DNA of 56,118 nt, the filler included, from Dugesia japonica (Eukaryota), in assembly GCA_001938525.1 (NCBI GenBank). It is 4 parts of 4 records of this genome, joined end to end, with 100 filler letters (N's around TTAATTAATTAA, not from the genome) between each part and the next. Parts side by side here need not be neighbours in the genome. Positions count along the whole stretch, not along the records: positions 46,510 to 56,118 come from MQRL01483238.1; 3 more parts are not named here. The stretch is one strand, 5' to 3'. The notes beneath the pieces were generated by a model. It did no database searches. It was not told the DNA's origin and saw only the letters and a program-made list of their open reading frames with translations. The translations under genes and the position numbers were made by a program. Below, piece by piece: positions 49,800 to 56,118 of the stretch; position 1 is the first letter of the stretch, and the number at the start of each line of letters is the position of its first letter.

Positions 49800-52700
49800 A
49801 ACTTTACTGATTATAAGAGGGAAAATGATATTTATATTGTTTATTAATTGTATTGGATTAAATACTGTATGTGGGTGCAATCTTGAATGTAGAATGGCAT
49901 GAATATACTTATGGTTTGTTTTGCAGGGATAACTTAATGAAATAATTAGTTTAGATTATATATGTAAATCTAGGTGTTTTATGTTTTGTAGTTTCCTCGG
50001 TTTCTCGATTCTTGTTTTTTTTGTAATGAAAGCGGGTGGTCAGATTTTAACAAAAAAATGTATGTGAGTTTATATAGTATGATTTTTGTAGTAGATCGTT
50101 GAATTTATTTTTTGCACTGCTAGTCGAATCTACGTAATATTCTATAAATGTTAAGTTTTTCCTGATATATATTAATATACATACTTGAATATATCTGCGA
50201 TAATAAATTTCTTTTGGATTTATGTGTACGTTTTGTTTATAATATAATTTTCAATTGATGAAATCTGTCATCTATGTCTGTAAATAAAATTCAAATTAAA
50301 AATAGATTTAATGCAAGTTTCGGTTAAATAATATTTGAATAATTCCATCCTGGTTAATATATTGATGTTTAATACATTAGGGTTGTATTGTGTGGGGCAT
50401 AAATTATGAGTTACCTTAATTCATTATTTGTTGAGCTGGCTTGTTGAATTATATTTAGGAAATATTTTTTTCATTGAGATGGTTGTTTTGCGGGGTTTAT
50501 CTCTAATTGCTTTTTAAAATTTATTTTCGAGACTTGAATATCTTGTAATTTTATATAATACATTATTTGTGCAACCAAATTTTTCCGAGTTTTATTTGTT
50601 GAATAGTTTAATATTAAGTATGGCAATTCAGTTTTGTGAAAAGTTTTGAGTTCGCACGTTGATTCCTTTCTTGTAAACTTTGTTTTACGTAAAATAAACT
50701 GCCTTTGAATAAAAGTTTGACTAATTTTATTTTGAGTTTAGTATGGTTATTTTGTATAAAATTGATGAATTTTAGTTTGTCAAAGTATAATTTAGAAATT
50801 TAATTGTCTTAAATTCAAAAGTTTTCTCTTATTTTCAAATTGAATTCCGCTTTGAAGTTAAATGTAAACACTTCAAATTGTAATTATAGTTGAAAATAAG
50901 AGATAATGTTGGAGGAAACTAAAACGGAGGCATTAGATGTCACAAGATAATCGAAGGTCAGAATTATTGATGTCCTCTTAACAATATGACGAATAAACAA
51001 TCATGTGCCAAAATTGTTTGCACTTAAAACGTAAAAGTCAAATATCTGTGTGTGGCTAATATCATCTGACGAGTGTTAAAGCATTTTACACTGAAATAGA
51101 AGCAAAATAGGTTAAAATATGTAAATATTGATTTTAGAAAGAAATTAAACTTAATAACTGACAGTTAAAAGATTAAATTTTTAGAAATATGCGCAATTTT
51201 GCGGTGATATGAAAATTTTAGAAAGTCAAATTAGTCATGAATGGAGTGTATAAATCAGATGTAAGCAAAATTTTTTATGAGGTGGGGCAAATTTAATTCT
51301 ACTTAATTCCCATGCCTCGTTTGTTATTGAATTTTCTTAATTTAAAGAGTGGTTCTGCTTTTGTTAAATATAAAGTTAAAATTTATCGCCATAATAATAA
51401 GAATAACCAAAAGTTCTTTAATGTAATATTTGTTGCTGGATAGAATTTAATTCCATTTTGATATGCGTGATGTTAAAACGCAAATTAAGAAAGTTGTCCA
51501 AAGATAATTATTTTACAAGAACACACTAATCAATAAAATTCCGAGACACCTTTAACAAAAATGTAACAATCCAATGATTTATTTTTCTATTTAAAATTAT
51601 TTTAACCAATTTATTGCTTGACAATTTGAATTTAATTATAATACATCACATACTATTTATGATTTTTGTTACCCATAATATAATTGGGATCCAATCTAGA
51701 TCGCTCGATTTAAATTTATGTCTAAGATAATACCCCTAGTGAAACCCCAAGAAGAATTTGATCTAGTATTCTCGTTCTAGATTTTTGGAATAGAGCCGGT
51801 GATTCGCAACCCGTAGTTCCAGTGGATACTCGTATTCCTGGGTTAGGGCTCTTATTTCTTCGAAAGTCACTTTAGTTCGTGAGATAATTCTAACCCTTAC
51901 TTTAGGGGTTTCCTGTATTGATGATTGGTTATAATGACAGCTTCTTTAATTTTAATCATGCGATCATGTCCGGTTTTCATTACTCGAGACCTTATAACCC
52001 AGTCCATAGTTTACAACTTCGTGATCCCGGTGGTCAGGGTGAATATTAAGGTTTTATATTATTGCATTATTATTATATTGCAACAAGAATCATTACTTTA
52101 TTGCAATTATCATCATTATTGGTATTTAGTTTTAAAAGAGTTTAATATGTGTAAAAAATAGAGAATTTCCTAGGTTTGTCGCGAAGGAAGTCAGGTAAAT
52201 AAACAATGGAATCTTTAGTTTGTCAGAGAGACATATAATTCATTATTATTTTTATAATAATAATAATTATTATTTATTAGCGCAAACATTAATACTCAGT
52301 CATACTGTATACATCCCTTATACGTTAACATTATCATCATCATTATCCTTACCCCTATCCTCATTAATTATGTTAATTATTATCACTATTACTCATTATT
52401 ATTATTAATTATCCATATGATTAGTAAGGCGTATAATATCACTTATTATTAATCATTATCATTATTAATTATCATCTTTATTAACTATTAATCCTTAAAG
52501 TCTAATTCGCGATCCATTGTTAACAAGAATCAGTAATTACAAATTAAAATAATCATTACTATTAATTAAGAGTTGAAATATCTGCAACTCAAATATCAGT
52601 TAACTACAGAAAAGTAAGCAACTGATTACATTACATTATTACATTGTATTATTACATTTTTAAGCAATGGTAAAATTGTACAAATTAACTTACATGGATA

Positions 52701-53300
52701 GGAGCATTCAACCGAAACAAAGCACAGTGCGTTGTTTTATCGATTCCAATCCTCATCTGAGCTCACCAGCATATGTATTCTACCAAGCGTAAAGCAACTA
52801 ATTTCAGTACATCTCCAACCAAGCGTGAAAAACCGATTTCACAGTACACTCCAAGTAAGTATATAGAAGGTCTGACAGATTAATTAGTTTTGTATTTCAA
52901 CCTAACATATATGAAACATGAGGGAGTCATCATTTAGAGTACCAAATATATTAGTGCTTTAAATATTATAGAAAATAAATTAAAAAGAATATCATGTGAT
53001 GATAGAAGATATGAAATCATCTTTGTTAACTAAATAAAGTTCTCCCTAAGAATCAGAGATCCATGACAACTGTGATTTCGGCCGGTTATTAATCAAAATA
53101 ACAAGAACTACAGTTGTCATTACAAGATTACAGAAATTTATATACCATCCTAACTTTTTCATTTACTACCCTTTTAAAAATAATTAATTTCTTTTTTGTG
53201 CATGTAGAGAATTAAAATATAAAATTTTACATGGTTTATTAGCAAGAGTTACGTTGGTTTTAGAAATAAATCTTTTTTCGTTAATAGGCCATTTGATAAC

Positions 53301-56081
53301 AGTTAAAAGACTTGAACTTTCCATAATTATTTATTAAAATAAAAACTATTTATTAATAATGAATTATTTAAACAAATAATATNATTTAATATTAACAAAT
53401 TTAAATCTTAATATCATTTTATAAATGATATATAACTGCTCTCTCTCTCTCTTTAATTTTGATTTTCAATTTTCTTTAGACATTCAAGTTTTCTCGGTTT
53501 ACGCTGTCCTGCATAGCCTATAAGCACCTGATGTGGGCTTATAAATTTACTAATTTTGTAAGGACCCTCAACCTGAAACCTTCTTTCTTTAACTTGTGTG
53601 GTTCTACTTTCACTTGTACTTTTTCACCTTCTTCAAAATGTTTGGACGTTCGTTTTTCACATTCGTATTTGCTTAAGGTTTGAGCTACTTTCTGTAAATT
53701 TTCATCTGTCAGTTTTTTAATTTCTTCGTGTTTCGGATTTCCTTCTTGTGGTAATCCGTGTTAGACTATCCTTCTTCCAAAGATAAATTCAAAAGAAGGT
53801 TATTCGTGGAAGTAATTTGTCCCAACCTGATTCTGTGCAGCTGTTCTTTATCGCTGTTACCATCATATCTCGAAGTTTTCTAATATTTCTTTCTGCTAAA
53901 CCATTTGATTGATTTTGATATGGGGACAAAATTCTTTTTGAATCTCAAACTTCTCTGTAAGTGACCGCATTAACTTTTCTTCAAATATTTTTGCTCTATC
54001 GGTCAGAAATGATTTTGGCTTACCAAAACAATATATCCAGTTTTCCTTTATTGCCTCAACTACCGAAGTTTCATCCTGTTTACTTAACACTACGAATGAC
54101 ACTAATTTGATATATCTGTCAACCATGACGAGAACATATTTCTTTTTGGTTTTCACTTCTGAAAAGTAAGCGATATCTATGATAACCTGTTCTAGTGGTC
54201 CGAATTCTGTTTGTGGAATAAGATATTCCTTTGTTCGCCAAGTGTATGTTTTACGCATGTTACATATCATACATTTTTTACTTGATGTTCTCCATTTCTT
54301 TGCATATTTGGCCAAAAATAACTTACATTCAAATACTCCGTCAGTTTTTGGCCTCCCACATGACATAACATATCGTGTATAAAATCTATAAGATTAAGTA
54401 TCGATTTTCTTACCAGTACAATTCTTTTCTTGTCTCCTTCATTAAAAAACAGTATCTCATCATCCAACTCAAACTTTTCCAGTTTGGAAAAATATTTACT
54501 TTTGGACACCATTGTGATGAGCTTATTATTTATCATTCCACTTTAAATATATTTAATGATTTCTATCGTTATTGGATCATTTTTCTGTACTTCTTTAATA
54601 TGGCTTCTATCAAAGTTTGTTTTGTCTAAAGCGTTGATTCTTTTTACTCGAGATCGTTCCCCTTTGGCATCTTGATGTATAGTCTAACATTGTGAACAGA
54701 GACTCTCCTATTCTTGAAAGTCCATCAGCATTTCCATGAGCTGCTCCTTTTCGGAATTCTAGTTCAAAATTAAATTCTACTAGATTTGTTATCCATGTTT
54801 GAAACCTCACTGAGGAGATGGATTCAGTGGGTTGCTGATAGCTTTTTTTTTATCATCATCGTCTAAAGAAACATCGTGTATATACTCAATTTGTTCACCA
54901 GTGTAAGATAACATATNATCTTCTTCTGCAATACATAATATCTTTGGAAATGTAGAATTTCTTATTTGAATTAATGGACCATCTCGAAAATAATGACTTT
55001 CTTTTCCACATATTAAACATTTGTCTTTTAATGGACAATTCATTCTTCTATGTCTTGTATCTCCACAGCAGAAACACTCTCCCGGTGCTAAAATGTCTTC
55101 GCGCAAAGGATTCTTTCCTTTGGCTTTAAAATAAAGCTTATTGGCTATACACTTCATCGAGTATCGAGGAAAACTATTGTTTTTGGCCCGTTCCTGGGTT
55201 TAAATTACATTTGCACAACACTGATTCTCTTTGGAAACAATTGGTCAACTTCTTGTACTTGGATCGTTTTGAGTATTCATTCGTGGATACGTTTTTGAAA
55301 ACTTTGACTGATAATCATCCTTCTTCACTGTATCTACATAGCTGTTTTTACTACATTAACAGAATATGCCGGTATCAATTTATCCAAATTGTTAGCTAAT
55401 TCTCGTCTTTGAATATCAGTAAGTTCTGGTTGAAGGACAAAAGATTCTTTCAATTTTTCGCTTCTTACACCATTAAAGACAAATATTGTTGCGGTATCAT
55501 CTAGAGTTTTTTTACTACCAAAAACTTCATTTACTATTTTTCTTACTCTTAACTCAAAATTACGATATTTTTCAGTTGGGTTTTGTTTGATCTTNNNNNN
55601 NNNNNNNNNNNNNNNNNNNNNNNNNNNNNNNNNNNNAAATGATTCACGAAACCATTTTTCGCAGACCTCGTTCGTCAAAATTACATCTTCTTTGCATTTT
55701 CCACCCATAATTCTTTTGCTTCTACTCTCATTAATATATCAAACACAAATGATAGCTCCATTTGATTAAACGCGGCAAATCCTTTAGTCGTTTGAATCCA
55801 TTCATATTCCACTTCAGATGAACCCTAAAAAAAACTTGGTTTTGGGATAAGTAATTCTTGTGTTGAAGATGGCAGCTTTGCAAAATATTTTTGGCGATCA
55901 TCTTTTTCTTTTTTCATCAGTACTCTTATTTTGGCATGGTCGTCAGTTAAAAGACTTGAACTTTCCTTCATTATTTTTTAAAACAAAAACTATTTATTAA
56001 TAATGAATTATTTAAACAAATAATATAATTCAATATTAACAAATTTAAATCTTAACATCATTTTATAAATTATATATAACT
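53301..56081 (-). mobile_element. Complete-ended, internally deleted Ty3/Gypsy element (gag + RNaseH tail + integrase, no PR/RT)
   Basis: 137-bp direct LTRs (53301-53437, 55945-56081) with AGTTA..TAACT termini and an ATAAC TSD on both sides. PBS-like (T)GACGACCATG, PPT (AG)n, gag with two CCHC knuckles, HGNADGLSR and an integrase HHCC/DDE remnant. Confidence 0.93.
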
Positions 56082-56118
56082 ATAACACTAAGTGATATTG
56101 TGTTAAAATACTAATGTT

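Noticed and set aside
50380-51200. Possible further Penelope-like relic on the minus strand
   Set aside because: Only vague similarity (ELPYL-like); no GIY-YIG or RT motif is readable.

Overview
This is a very AT-rich, gapped eukaryotic (metazoan) draft scaffold. Its many 42-50 nt GT-AG introns and (AAT)n tracts would fit a planarian-type genome, but that is inference only. Three intact spliced host genes can be reconstructed: a ZNFX1-type UPF1-like RNA helicase/zinc-finger gene (+, 1475-10470, ~2254 aa), a non-muscle myosin II heavy chain (-, 22891-34153, 28 exons, ~1966 aa, plus a candidate 18-nt loop-1 microexon), and a 14-3-3 gene (+, 48090-49799). The rest is mostly decayed mobile DNA. 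It includes two Penelope-like (GIY-YIG) relics, each ending in a degenerate minimal hammerhead-ribozyme motif, and an endogenous Polinton/Maverick (adintovirus-like) virion module (integrase-penton-basic core protein-hexon, with TAATG stop/start overlaps) abutting a Gypsy gag/protease. It also includes several Ty3/Gypsy copies, one of them a complete 2.8-kb element with 137-bp AGT..ACT LTRs and a 5-bp TSD but no protease/RT, and a DD37D-like Tc1/mariner relic. Three N-flanked TTAATTAATTAA linkers mark artificial contig joins, so adjacency across them is unverified.
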